Below, one piece after another: positions 27,679 through 36,067 of a DNA stretch of 36,067 bases (position 1 is its first letter; every line of letters starts with the position of its first letter). The notes below the pieces were generated by a model. The model was not told the DNA's origin. It was given only the letters and a program-made list of their open reading frames with translations, and did not search any database. The translations under genes were made by a program, and so were the position numbers. Source of the stretch: a virus (taxonomy: Duplodnaviria; Heunggongvirae; Uroviricota; Caudoviricetes); IMG/VR virus record IMGVR_UViG_2563366915_000004. One strand, written 5' to 3'.

Positions 27679-28180
27679 AATTCCATCCAGCTTTTTGTTG
27701 GTATTGCTGTCGATACGCAAGTTTGAAAGCAATTGCTTTTTCTATAAGTTCGTCAGTTTCACGATCCACTACGGCAGGATCAGCAAAAAGCAGTCCGGAC
27801 TCCACCACATCGCCATATTCTTTGTTTAACCCGGCGATCATGTACGTGATGCTTTTTCCGTCACTAATTTCACGATACAACCTGAAATCATTAATCCGGA
27901 TAGCCTCCATAATTGCAGGCACTAGCGCCGTGAACTTTTCACGCTTATCCCTGGTGTCGATAGCCTTCCAGCGTTCGAATATCTTCACTCGATTAACGCC
28001 AAGCGCTCGCTGATCAACCGCGCCACCTTCATCTGTGACACGCTGAACATCGATGTTCGGGCGCTCTTTCAAAGCCCAGAATGCTTCAGTGATTAATATC
28101 GTCGCCTGCTCCTGTGTCATTCCTGGTCGACATATCCAGGCATCCAGAGCCTCACGAGCCTGTTCAGGAGTGATTTTCAT
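27659..28180 (-). CDS. YdaT-like protein (cII-position regulatory protein)
   Basis: 173-aa ORF between the cro-like gene and the initiator; segment KREKFTALVPAIMEAI resembles the YdaT family as recalled; overlaps neighbours by a few codons. Confidence 0.5.
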   Translation of the reverse strand: MKITPEQAREALDAWICRPGMTQEQATILITEAFWALKERPNIDVQRVTDEGGAVDQRALGVNRVKIFERWKAIDTRDKREKFTALVPAIMEAIRINDFRLYREISDGKSITYMIAGLNKEYGDVVESGLLFADPAVVDRETDELIEKAIAFKLAYRQQYQQKAGWNYEPSFC

Positions 28181-28391
28181 TGTTCAACCGCCCCGCCCGC
28201 TTCGTCTTACGATATTCGTCATAAACCTTGGGATCATACAGAAGCTCGCCGCCAGATGCCTCCTGTAGACGCATCGCGCGACCTTCAGGAACCAGCTCTT
28301 GCCATTGAGAAACAGCAGATGGGTCAACGCCAGCAGCTTTCGCTACTTTGGCTTTCGTACCGTAAAAATTAATTACGTCTGATTTAAACAT
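28164..28391 (-). CDS. dicC: Cro-like repressor DicC homolog
   Basis: Track ORF 28164..28418; start at internal Met MFKSDVINFYGTKAKVAKAAGVDPSAVSQWQ...PEGRAMRLQEASGGELLYDPKVYDEYRKTKRAGRLNNENHS (HTH); GGAGGTG RBS; divergent from dicA. Confidence 0.8.
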   Translation of the reverse strand: MFKSDVINFYGTKAKVAKAAGVDPSAVSQWQELVPEGRAMRLQEASGGELLYDPKVYDEYRKTKRAGRLNNENHS

Positions 28392-28404
28392 CGCACCTCC
28401 AGTA

Positions 28405-28418
28405 TTGAGTTTTCTCAA
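28405..28418. promoter_or_regulatory. palindromic operator TTGAGTTTTCTCAA in the dicA/dicC divergent promoter region
   Basis: Perfect 14-bp palindrome between the divergent repressor genes; a near-identical copy lies upstream of ydfA. Confidence 0.5.
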
Positions 28419-28468
28419 TGCTAATCACTCAAGGAATCTCAAGTCAAGGGTTATTAAGATATCTAAAT

Positions 28469-28876
28469 ATGAACGAGAAAACTTTAGGTCAACGCATTAG
28501 AGAAAGACGTAAGCAGGTAGGTTTAAGTCAAAACGGTTTAAGCAAAGCTGCTGGCGTATCTGGCTCATCAATTTCATTATGGGAAAGTGACCATACAGCC
28601 CCGCGCGGGCAAAATTTGCATCGCCTCGCCGAGGTATTGCAATGTTCACCAACCTGGATACTGTTTGGCGACGAGGACAAAACACCAGCTCCCCCTGTTT
28701 CACTCGATAGTGCCTTAGACTTATCGGAAGATGAGTTAGAGATGCTGCGTTTGTATCGCGCACTTCCTAAATCAGAGCAACAAGCACAACTCAGCGAACT
28801 CCGCGCCCGCGTTGAGAATTTTAATCGCCTGTTCACCGAGCTATTAGAGGCTCGCAAACGCAACAAGCATCAATAA
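28469..28876 (+). CDS. dicA: cI-like repressor DicA homolog (XRE-family HTH)
   Basis: Track ORF 28418..28876; start at internal Met MNEKTLGQRIRERRKQVGLSQNGLSKAAGVSGSSISLWESDHTAPRGQNLHRLAEVLQCSPTWILFGDED...; no obvious SD, possibly a short-leader transcript. Confidence 0.85.
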   Translation: MNEKTLGQRIRERRKQVGLSQNGLSKAAGVSGSSISLWESDHTAPRGQNLHRLAEVLQCSPTWILFGDEDKTPAPPVSLDSALDLSEDELEMLRLYRALPKSEQQAQLSELRARVENFNRLFTELLEARKRNKHQ

Positions 28877-28940
28877 TCATCCCTTCACAAAATTTTAAAG
28901 CCTTACATTTCAATGTATTGGCTTTATCTTGCGCCAATAC

Positions 28941-28992
28941 TTGAGTTTTCTCATCAAAAAGCCTTGACGAAAAATAATGAGAAAACTAAATT
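28941..28992 (+). promoter_or_regulatory. candidate dicB-operon promoter with second operator copy
   Basis: TTGAGTTTTCTCA (28941-28953) followed by TTGACG - 17 bp - TAAATT (about 28964-28992) upstream of ydfA. Confidence 0.45.
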
Positions 28993-29068
28993 ACCTCCAT
29001 CAACACACCGCACGGTGTTCTCAGCAAACAGTTCCGCTACCCCGGCGTTAAGGGGAAATGAGGTCAGC

Positions 29069-29224
29069 ATGGATACTATCGATCTTGGCAACAACGAATC
29101 TCTGGTGTACGGCGTGTTTCCAAACCAGGACGGCACGTTCACCGCAATGACGTATACCAAAAGCAAAACGTTTAAAACCGAAAATGGTGCCCGTCGCTGG
29201 CTGGAAAGAAACTCAGGTGAGTGA
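29069..29224 (+). CDS. ydfA: YdfA-like small protein (DUF1391)
   Basis: Track ORF 28913..29224; start at internal ATG with GAGG RBS: MDTIDLGNNESLVYGVFPNQDGTFTAMTYTKSKTFKTENGARRWLERNSGE (51 aa). Confidence 0.8.
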   Translation: MDTIDLGNNESLVYGVFPNQDGTFTAMTYTKSKTFKTENGARRWLERNSGE

Positions 29225-29225
29225 T

Positions 29226-29801
29226 ATGGATTTCGACACAATCATGGAAAAGGCTTACGAAGAATACTTCGAAGGCCTTGCCGAAGGCGAAGAAGCTCTC
29301 AGCTTCAGTGAGTTTAAACAGGCACTCAGAATAAGAATGCGCTCTCACAATGACGCGGAGCACAAATATGAGAAGCAAAATCAGACCGCAGAAAATTTTG
29401 TTCTGGAACCCGGAGAAACGCTTTTCAAAATTCCCGTTACGTGCCCCATTTGCGGTTTTACATCAGAAGAACTTGACGACTCCTGTAACAATCAGGAAAC
29501 AACCAAGTATGTCGAAGATGATACCGAGTGCGCACGAAGAACGATTATATCCACGAGTCCAAACTCCAGGACCAATAAATCTCACTTTGAGAGGGTGATT
29601 AATCCACTCCCCCAAACCAATAAAAAAGATGCCGGAGGACAAAAAAACCAATGGAACAACGGGATATCTGTCAAAAAAAGACGTTCCATTAAAGACAAAC
29701 AACGCAGCGCCAACAACTGTAAGCGCTTTATACCAGTAATCAATTTTCATGTTCTTAAGCGGATTTATTGGTGGTTGCGACATTGCTTAATGAATCCTTA
29801 A
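29226..29801 (+). CDS. YdfB-like N-terminus extended into a longer ORF (possible ydfB/ydfC region); true extent uncertain
   Basis: Starts MDFDTIMEKAYEEYFEGLAEGEEALSFSEFKQAL... right after the ydfA stop; contains CPICGF...C motif; the distal third is low-complexity and may be non-coding. An alternative-frame ORF exists at 29350..29598. Confidence 0.35.
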   Translation: MDFDTIMEKAYEEYFEGLAEGEEALSFSEFKQALRIRMRSHNDAEHKYEKQNQTAENFVLEPGETLFKIPVTCPICGFTSEELDDSCNNQETTKYVEDDTECARRTIISTSPNSRTNKSHFERVINPLPQTNKKDAGGQKNQWNNGISVKKRRSIKDKQRSANNCKRFIPVINFHVLKRIYWWLRHCLMNP

Positions 29802-30060
29802 AACTGTGGTGATTTTAAGGATACCACCTCGCCTGACGTGGTTAAAAGCAGGCACACAACACGAAAGCGCACGGCGAAGTTCGTCTCACTGTACGGTGTC
29901 GTCAAATTTAATTCGACCGTGCGCTTCCGGTTGTGGCAACCCGCGAAATGGCGCGGCGGTAAGTATGGCGGGGTTATTCCTTCCCCGTTGAGGACACCGA
30001 GTTGTCAGGTTGACCATACGCTTAAGCGACAACCCCGCTGCAACGCCCTCTGTTATCAAT

Positions 30061-30113
30061 TTTCTGGTGACGTTTGGCGGTATCAGTTTTACTCCGTGAC
30101 TGCTCTGCCGCCG
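30061..30113 (+). ncRNA. dicF: DicF small RNA (Hfq-dependent sRNA from the dicB operon)
   Basis: Sequence TTTCTGGTGACGTTTGGCGGTATCAGTTTTACTCCGTGACTGCTCTGCCGCC followed by GTTTTT matches the 53-nt DicF sequence as remembered; lies between the ydfB/C region and dicB. Confidence 0.75.
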
Positions 30114-30287
30114 TTTTTAAAGTGAATTTTGTGATGCGGTGAATGCGGCTAAGCGCACGCGGAACAGTTAAAACCAAAAACAGTGTTATGGGTGGATTCT
30201 CTGTATCCGGCGTTAATTGTTAACTGGTTAACGTCACCTGGAGGCACCAGGCACTGCATCACAAAATTCATTGTTGAGGACGCGATA

Positions 30288-30476
30288 ATGAAAACGTTAT
30301 TACCAAACGTTAATACGTCTGAAGGTTGTTTTGAAATTGGTGTCACTATCAGTAACCCTGTATTTACTGAAGATGCCATTAACAAGAGAAAACAAGAACG
30401 GGAGCTATTAAATAAAATATGCATTGTTTCAATGCTGGCTCGTTTACGTCTGATGCCAAAAGGATGTGCACAATGA
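30288..30476 (+). CDS. dicB: cell division inhibitor DicB
   Basis: Track ORF 30183..30476; start at internal ATG with GAGGA RBS: MKTLLPNVNTSEGCFEIGVTISNPVFTEDAINKRKQERELLNKICIVSMLARLRLMPKGCAQ (62 aa). Confidence 0.85.
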   Translation: MKTLLPNVNTSEGCFEIGVTISNPVFTEDAINKRKQERELLNKICIVSMLARLRLMPKGCAQ

Positions 30477-30664
30477 ATTCAGCATTTGCGCTTGTTCTGA
30501 CAGTTTTTCTTGTTTCCGGAGAGCCAGTTGATATTGCAGTCAGTGTTCACAGGACAATGCAGGAGTGTATGACTGCAGCAACCGAACAGAAAATTCCCGG
30601 TAACTGTTACCCGGTCGATAAAGTTATTCACCAGTATAATATCGAAATCCCGGCAGGTCTTTAA
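30473..30664 (+). CDS. ydfD: YdfD-like small lysis protein
   Basis: Track ORF 30419..30664; start at internal Met (ATGA overlap with the dicB stop): MNSAFALVLTVFLVSGEPVDIAVSVHRTMQECMTAATEQKIPGNCYPVDKVIHQYNIEIPAGL (63 aa), hydrophobic N-terminus. Confidence 0.8.
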   Translation: MNSAFALVLTVFLVSGEPVDIAVSVHRTMQECMTAATEQKIPGNCYPVDKVIHQYNIEIPAGL

Positions 30665-30757
30665 AACAGTTCCGTAATAAATATCCGGTTTCATTCTTAT
30701 ATGCCAGCAATGGCAGGGATTTGTTCATCCTTAAATCTGTCATGAGGTTAAAACAAA

Positions 30758-33229
30758 ATGAGTAAAGTCTTTATTTGCGCCGCTATTCCTGACGAACTGG
30801 CAACAAGGGAAGAAGGCGCTGTGGCTGTAGCCACAGCCATTGAAGCTGGCGACGAACGCCGTGCTCGAGCAAAATTTCACTGGCAATTCCTGGAACATTA
30901 TCCGGCTGCTCAGGACTGCGCTTATAAATTTATTGTCTGCGAGGATAAACCTGGCATACCCCGCCCTGCCCTCGATTCATGGGATGCTGAATATATGCAG
31001 GAAAACCGCTGGGATGAGGAGTCTGCTTCTTTTGTCCCGGTTGAGACTGAATCCGATCCGATGAACGTCACTTTTGACAAGCTGGCCCCTGAAGTACAGA
31101 ACGCTGTCATGGTTAAGTTCGACACATGTGAAAACATCACCGTTGATATGGTTATTAGCGCACAGGAATTGTTGCAGGAAGACATGGCAACATTCGACGG
31201 ACATATCGTTGAAGCGTTGATGAAAATGCCAGAAGTTAACGCCATGTATCCGGAGCTTAAGTTGCACGCCATTGGGTGGGTTAAGCATAAATGTATTCCT
31301 GGTGCTAAATGGCCCGAAATTCAGGCAGAGATGCGCATCTGGAAAAAACGTCGCGAAGGTGAACGCAAGGAAACCGGAAAATACACGTCTGTTGTTGATC
31401 TCGCCCGCGCCAGAGCCAATCAACAGTACACTGAAAATTCAACAGGAAAAATCAGCCCGGTCATTGCTGCCATTCATCGCGAATACAAGCAGACATGGAA
31501 AACACTGGATGACGAACTGGCCTACGCTCTCTGGCCTGGTGATGTGGATGCCGGAAACATTGACGGCAGCATCCATCGCTGGGCAAAAAATGAAGTTATC
31601 GATAACGACCGCGAAGACTGGAAGCGTATCTCGGCATCAATGCGCAAACAGCCTGATGCCCTTCGCTACGACCGCCAAACTATTTTTGGCCTTGTCCGTG
31701 AACGTCCGATCGACATTCACAAAGATCCCGTAGCACTGAACAAATATATCTGCGAATACCTGACGACAAAGGGCGTGTTTGAGAATGAAGAAACAGACCT
31801 GGGCACTGTTGATGTTCTCCAGTCATCAGAAACACAAACTGATGCAGTGGAAACTGAGGTATCTGATATCCCAAAAAATGAAACCGCGCCGGAAGCTGAA
31901 CCATCTGTAGAGCGTGAGGGGCCGTTCTATTTCCTCTTCGCAGATAAGGACGGAGAAAAATACGGTCGCGCAAACAAACTTTCTGGTCTGGATAAGGCAC
32001 TGGCTGCTGGCGCCACTGAAATCACAAAAGAAGAATATTTTGCCCGAAAAAATGGCACATACACGGGCTTACCGCAAAATGTAGATACCGCTGAAGATTC
32101 AGAACAACCAGAGCCGATAAAAGTTACCGCTGACGAAGTAAACAAAATTATGCAGGCAGCCAATATCATCCAGCCTGACGCCGATAAGTTGCTTGCTGCA
32201 TCACGTGGTGAATTTGTTGAAGGGATTAGTGACCCGAATGATCCGAAATGGGTTAAGGGGATCCAGACCCGCGATTCTGTGAACCAGAACCAGCATGAAT
32301 CGGAACGGAACTACCAAAAAGCGGAACAAAACAGCCCAAATGCGTTACAAAACGAGCCAGAAACGAAACAGCCTGAATCAGTGGCGCAACAGGAAGTGGA
32401 AAAAGTCTGCACCGCCTGCGGTCAGACCGGCGGCGGCAACTGCCCTGATTGTGGCGCGGTAATGGGCGACGCAACATACCAGGAAACATTCGATGAAGAG
32501 TATCAGGTTGAAGTTCAGGAAGATGATCCGGAGAAAATGGAAGGCGCTGAACATCCACACAAGGAGAACACTGGCGGCAATCAGCATCACGATAGCGATA
32601 ATGAAACTGGCGAGACGGCAGATCACTCAATTAAGGTGAACGGTCATCACGAAATCACATCCACCAGCAGGACGTGTGACCATCTAATGATCGACCTTGA
32701 AACCATGGGAAAAAATCCTGATGCCCCGATCATCTCAATAGGTGCAATATTTTTCGATCCGCAAACCGGAGATATGGGACCGGAATTTATTAAGACTATC
32801 GATCTGGAAACTGCTGGCGGAGTCATTGATCGGGACACCATTAAATGGTGGTTTAAGCAATCACGCGAAGCGCAATCTGCCATTATGACCGATGAAATCC
32901 CGTTAGATGATGCACTGTTACAATTGCGGGAATTTATCGACGAAAACTCCGGTGAATTTTTTGTTCAGGTCTGGGGAAATGGAGCCAACTTCGACAACAC
33001 GATTTTGCGCCGTTCATACGAACGGCAGGGGATCCCCTGCCCGTGGCGTTACTACAACGATCGCGATGTACGCACAATCGTTGAGCTGGGGAAAGCCATA
33101 GACTTCGATGCCAGAACGGCTATTCAATTCGAAGGTGAGCGCCATAATGCACTTGATGACGCCCGTTACCAGGCAAAATACGTTTCAGTTATCTGGCAAA
33201 AACTGATCCCGAGTCAGGCTGATTCTTAA
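30758..33229 (+). CDS. ydfE: full-length YdfE-like protein (823 aa) with zinc-ribbon and C-terminal DEDDh 3'-5' exonuclease domain
   Basis: N-terminus MSKVFICAAIPDELATREEGAVAVATAIEAGDERRARAKFHWQFLEHYP as in YdfE; acidic middle region; CTACGQTGGGNCPDCG zinc ribbon; C-terminal Exo motifs LMIDLETMG, WGNGANFDN, HNALDDARY. Confidence 0.8.
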   Translation: MSKVFICAAIPDELATREEGAVAVATAIEAGDERRARAKFHWQFLEHYPAAQDCAYKFIVCEDKPGIPRPALDSWDAEYMQENRWDEESASFVPVETESDPMNVTFDKLAPEVQNAVMVKFDTCENITVDMVISAQELLQEDMATFDGHIVEALMKMPEVNAMYPELKLHAIGWVKHKCIPGAKWPEIQAEMRIWKKRREGERKETGKYTSVVDLARARANQQYTENSTGKISPVIAAIHREYKQTWKTLDDELAYALWPGDVDAGNIDGSIHRWAKNEVIDNDREDWKRISASMRKQPDALRYDRQTIFGLVRERPIDIHKDPVALNKYICEYLTTKGVFENEETDLGTVDVLQSSETQTDAVETEVSDIPKNETAPEAEPSVEREGPFYFLFADKDGEKYGRANKLSGLDKALAAGATEITKEEYFARKNGTYTGLPQNVDTAEDSEQPEPIKVTADEVNKIMQAANIIQPDADKLLAASRGEFVEGISDPNDPKWVKGIQTRDSVNQNQHESERNYQKAEQNSPNALQNEPETKQPESVAQQEVEKVCTACGQTGGGNCPDCGAVMGDATYQETFDEEYQVEVQEDDPEKMEGAEHPHKENTGGNQHHDSDNETGETADHSIKVNGHHEITSTSRTCDHLMIDLETMGKNPDAPIISIGAIFFDPQTGDMGPEFIKTIDLETAGGVIDRDTIKWWFKQSREAQSAIMTDEIPLDDALLQLREFIDENSGEFFVQVWGNGANFDNTILRRSYERQGIPCPWRYYNDRDVRTIVELGKAIDFDARTAIQFEGERHNALDDARYQAKYVSVIWQKLIPSQADS

Positions 33230-33281
33230 TGTTCAACTGTCGCCGGTTGTGACTGGTATTCTGCAACCGGCGCTCGTCTAA

Positions 33282-34476
<1,195 letters not shown>

Positions 34477-34500
34477 CTAATATAAGAGATAAAGAAATCG

Positions 34501-34752
34501 ATGAGCGAAGTAATCATGATTGTCTCTCCCGGCAAATGGGTATCCGAAGAGCAGTTAATTGCGCTGAAAGGAATAAAAAAAGGTACGTTAAAAAAGGCCC
34601 GGGAAAAATCGTTTATGGAAGGAAGGGAATATAAGCATGTCGCTCATGACGGTATGCCATGGGATAACAGTCCATGCTTTTACAACCTGGAAGAAATTGA
34701 TCGCTGGATTGAGCGCCAGGCATCAGCAAGACCAAGACGTCATCTTACTTGA
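34501..34752 (+). CDS. excisionase-like protein (DUF1233-type Xis)
   Basis: 83-aa ORF MSEVIMIVSPGKWVSEEQLIALKGIKKGTLKKAREKSFMEGREYKHVAHDGMPWDNSPCFYNLEEIDRWIERQ... immediately upstream of the integrase, same strand. Confidence 0.6.
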   Translation: MSEVIMIVSPGKWVSEEQLIALKGIKKGTLKKAREKSFMEGREYKHVAHDGMPWDNSPCFYNLEEIDRWIERQASARPRRHLT

Positions 34753-34771
34753 CTAAAAGCCACACTAACTA

Positions 34772-36067
34772 ATGAGAGAAGTTGAAATGAAATATCCGAC
34801 AGGCGTGGAAAACCATGGAGGGAAATTACGTATCTGGTTTGTTTATAAAGGCGTAAGAGTCAGGGAAAACCTGGGGGTTCCTGACACAGCAAAAAACAGG
34901 CGCGTTGCAGGTGAGCTACGCGCCTCTGTTTGTTACGCAATAAAAACTGGTGTTTTCGACTATGCAAAACAGTTTCCCTCCTCACGCAATCTGGAAAAAT
35001 TTGGTGAGGCCCGACAAGATTTAACCATAAAAGAACTGGCTGAAAAATTTCTGGCACTGAAAGAAACTGAAGTCGCAAAAACATCACTCAACACATACCG
35101 TGCCGTCATCAAAAATATCCTGAGCATAATCGGTGAAAAAAATCTTGCCTCATCGATTAATAAAGAAAAATTACTGGAGGTTCGTAAAGAGCTACTGACT
35201 GGATACCAGATCCCCAAAAGTAACTATATTGTTACACAACCAGGGAGATCGGCTGTAACTGTAAATAATTACATGACAAATCTTAACGCCGTGTTCCAGT
35301 TTGGTGTTGATAACGGTTACCTGGTAGATAACCCGTTTAAGGGGATCTCGCCATTAAAGGAATCAAGAACCATTCCGGATCCTCTTTCGCGGGAGGAATT
35401 CATCCGTCTTATCGATGCGTGCAGAAATCAGCAAGCCAAAAATTTATGGTGTGTTTCTGTTTATACTGGCGTTCGCCCTGGTGAGCTGTGTGCACTTGGA
35501 TGGGAGGACATAGATCTGAAAAATGGAACAATGATGATCAGGAGAAATTTAGCAAAAGACCGTTTCACGGTACCAAAAACACAGGCGGGAACCAATCGGG
35601 TCATTCATCTTATTAAGCCAGCAATCGACGCTCTCCGGAGTCAGATGACATTAACGAGACTGAGCAAAGAGCATATCATTGATGTTCACCTCAGAGAGTA
35701 TGGCAGAACAGAAAAACAAAAATGCACCTTTGTTTTTCAACCTGAAGTGTCAGCGAGAGTAAAAAATTATGGTGACCATTTTACCGTTGACTCAATAAGG
35801 CAGATGTGGGACGCAGCGATAAAACGTGCCGGACTCCGCCATCGAAAATCATATCAGTCGAGACATACTTATGCCTGCTGGTCGCTGACAGCTGGTGCTA
35901 ACCCGGCATTTATAGCAAACCAGATGGGCCATGCAGATGCGCAAATGGTATTTCAGGTATACGGAAAATGGATGTCTGAAAACAATAATGCACAGGTAGC
36001 TTTGTTAAATACACAGTTAAGCGAGTTTGCCCCAACCATGCCCCATAACGAAGCAATGAAAAATTAA
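34772..36067 (+). CDS. tyrosine-type phage integrase
   Basis: 431-aa ORF ending at the window edge; C-terminal catalytic region with R...HxxR...Y pattern (RHTYACWSLTAGANPAFIANQMGHADAQMVFQVYGKW); start may be the internal ATG at 34787 (MKYPTGVEN...). Confidence 0.85.
   Translation: MREVEMKYPTGVENHGGKLRIWFVYKGVRVRENLGVPDTAKNRRVAGELRASVCYAIKTGVFDYAKQFPSSRNLEKFGEARQDLTIKELAEKFLALKETEVAKTSLNTYRAVIKNILSIIGEKNLASSINKEKLLEVRKELLTGYQIPKSNYIVTQPGRSAVTVNNYMTNLNAVFQFGVDNGYLVDNPFKGISPLKESRTIPDPLSREEFIRLIDACRNQQAKNLWCVSVYTGVRPGELCALGWEDIDLKNGTMMIRRNLAKDRFTVPKTQAGTNRVIHLIKPAIDALRSQMTLTRLSKEHIIDVHLREYGRTEKQKCTFVFQPEVSARVKNYGDHFTVDSIRQMWDAAIKRAGLRHRKSYQSRHTYACWSLTAGANPAFIANQMGHADAQMVFQVYGKWMSENNNAQVALLNTQLSEFAPTMPHNEAMKN

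Noticed and set aside
28418-28468. N-terminal extension of DicA in the track (MLITQGISSQGLLRYLN...)
   Set aside because: The extension would run through the operator palindrome and the divergent promoter region; the homolog-consistent start is the internal Met at 28469.
29350-29598. Alternative-frame 82-aa ORF within the ydfB-like region
   Set aside because: Overlaps the longer same-strand ORF in another frame; I cannot decide from sequence which, if either, is the true YdfC-equivalent, so it is not reported as a separate gene.

Overview
This 36 kb window is most of a lambdoid prophage of the Escherichia Qin / phage-21 type, lying in reverse orientation. Reading left to right: the tail genes on the minus strand (K partial, L, M, tape measure H, G and the G-T frameshift product, V, U, Z), head genes (a protease-capsid fusion, portal, W-like connector), terminase large and small subunits, a GC-rich candidate cos region, an AT-rich moron island (YbcW-like, DUF1398, GnsB-like, three cold-shock proteins), the lysis cassette (pinholin, SAR endolysin, Rz with embedded Rz1), antiterminator Q with a candidate late promoter and terminator, a DUF968 gene, rem, and a hok/mok/sok-type type I toxin-antitoxin locus. 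Next comes a 595-aa cargo gene on the opposite strand whose C-terminus carries a HEPN-type Rx4HxY motif; this is the best candidate for an undescribed defence function. To its right are a replication module with iterons inside the initiator gene, the DicC/DicA immunity switch with repeated palindromic operators, the dicB operon (ydfA, a ydfB-like ORF, dicF sRNA, dicB, ydfD, a full-length 823-aa YdfE-like protein with a C-terminal DEDDh exonuclease domain), an IS5 copy with CTAA target duplications inserted just upstream of xis, and the integrase ending at the window edge. All calls come from reading the sequence and the ORF track by eye and from remembered protein families; no searches were run. 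CDS coordinates follow the ORF track, with starts moved to internal ATG codons where a ribosome-binding site or a homolog supports it. Coordinates of hairpins, promoters and repeats that I placed by eye are approximate (about +/-2 nt). No CRISPR array, rRNA or tRNA was recognised.
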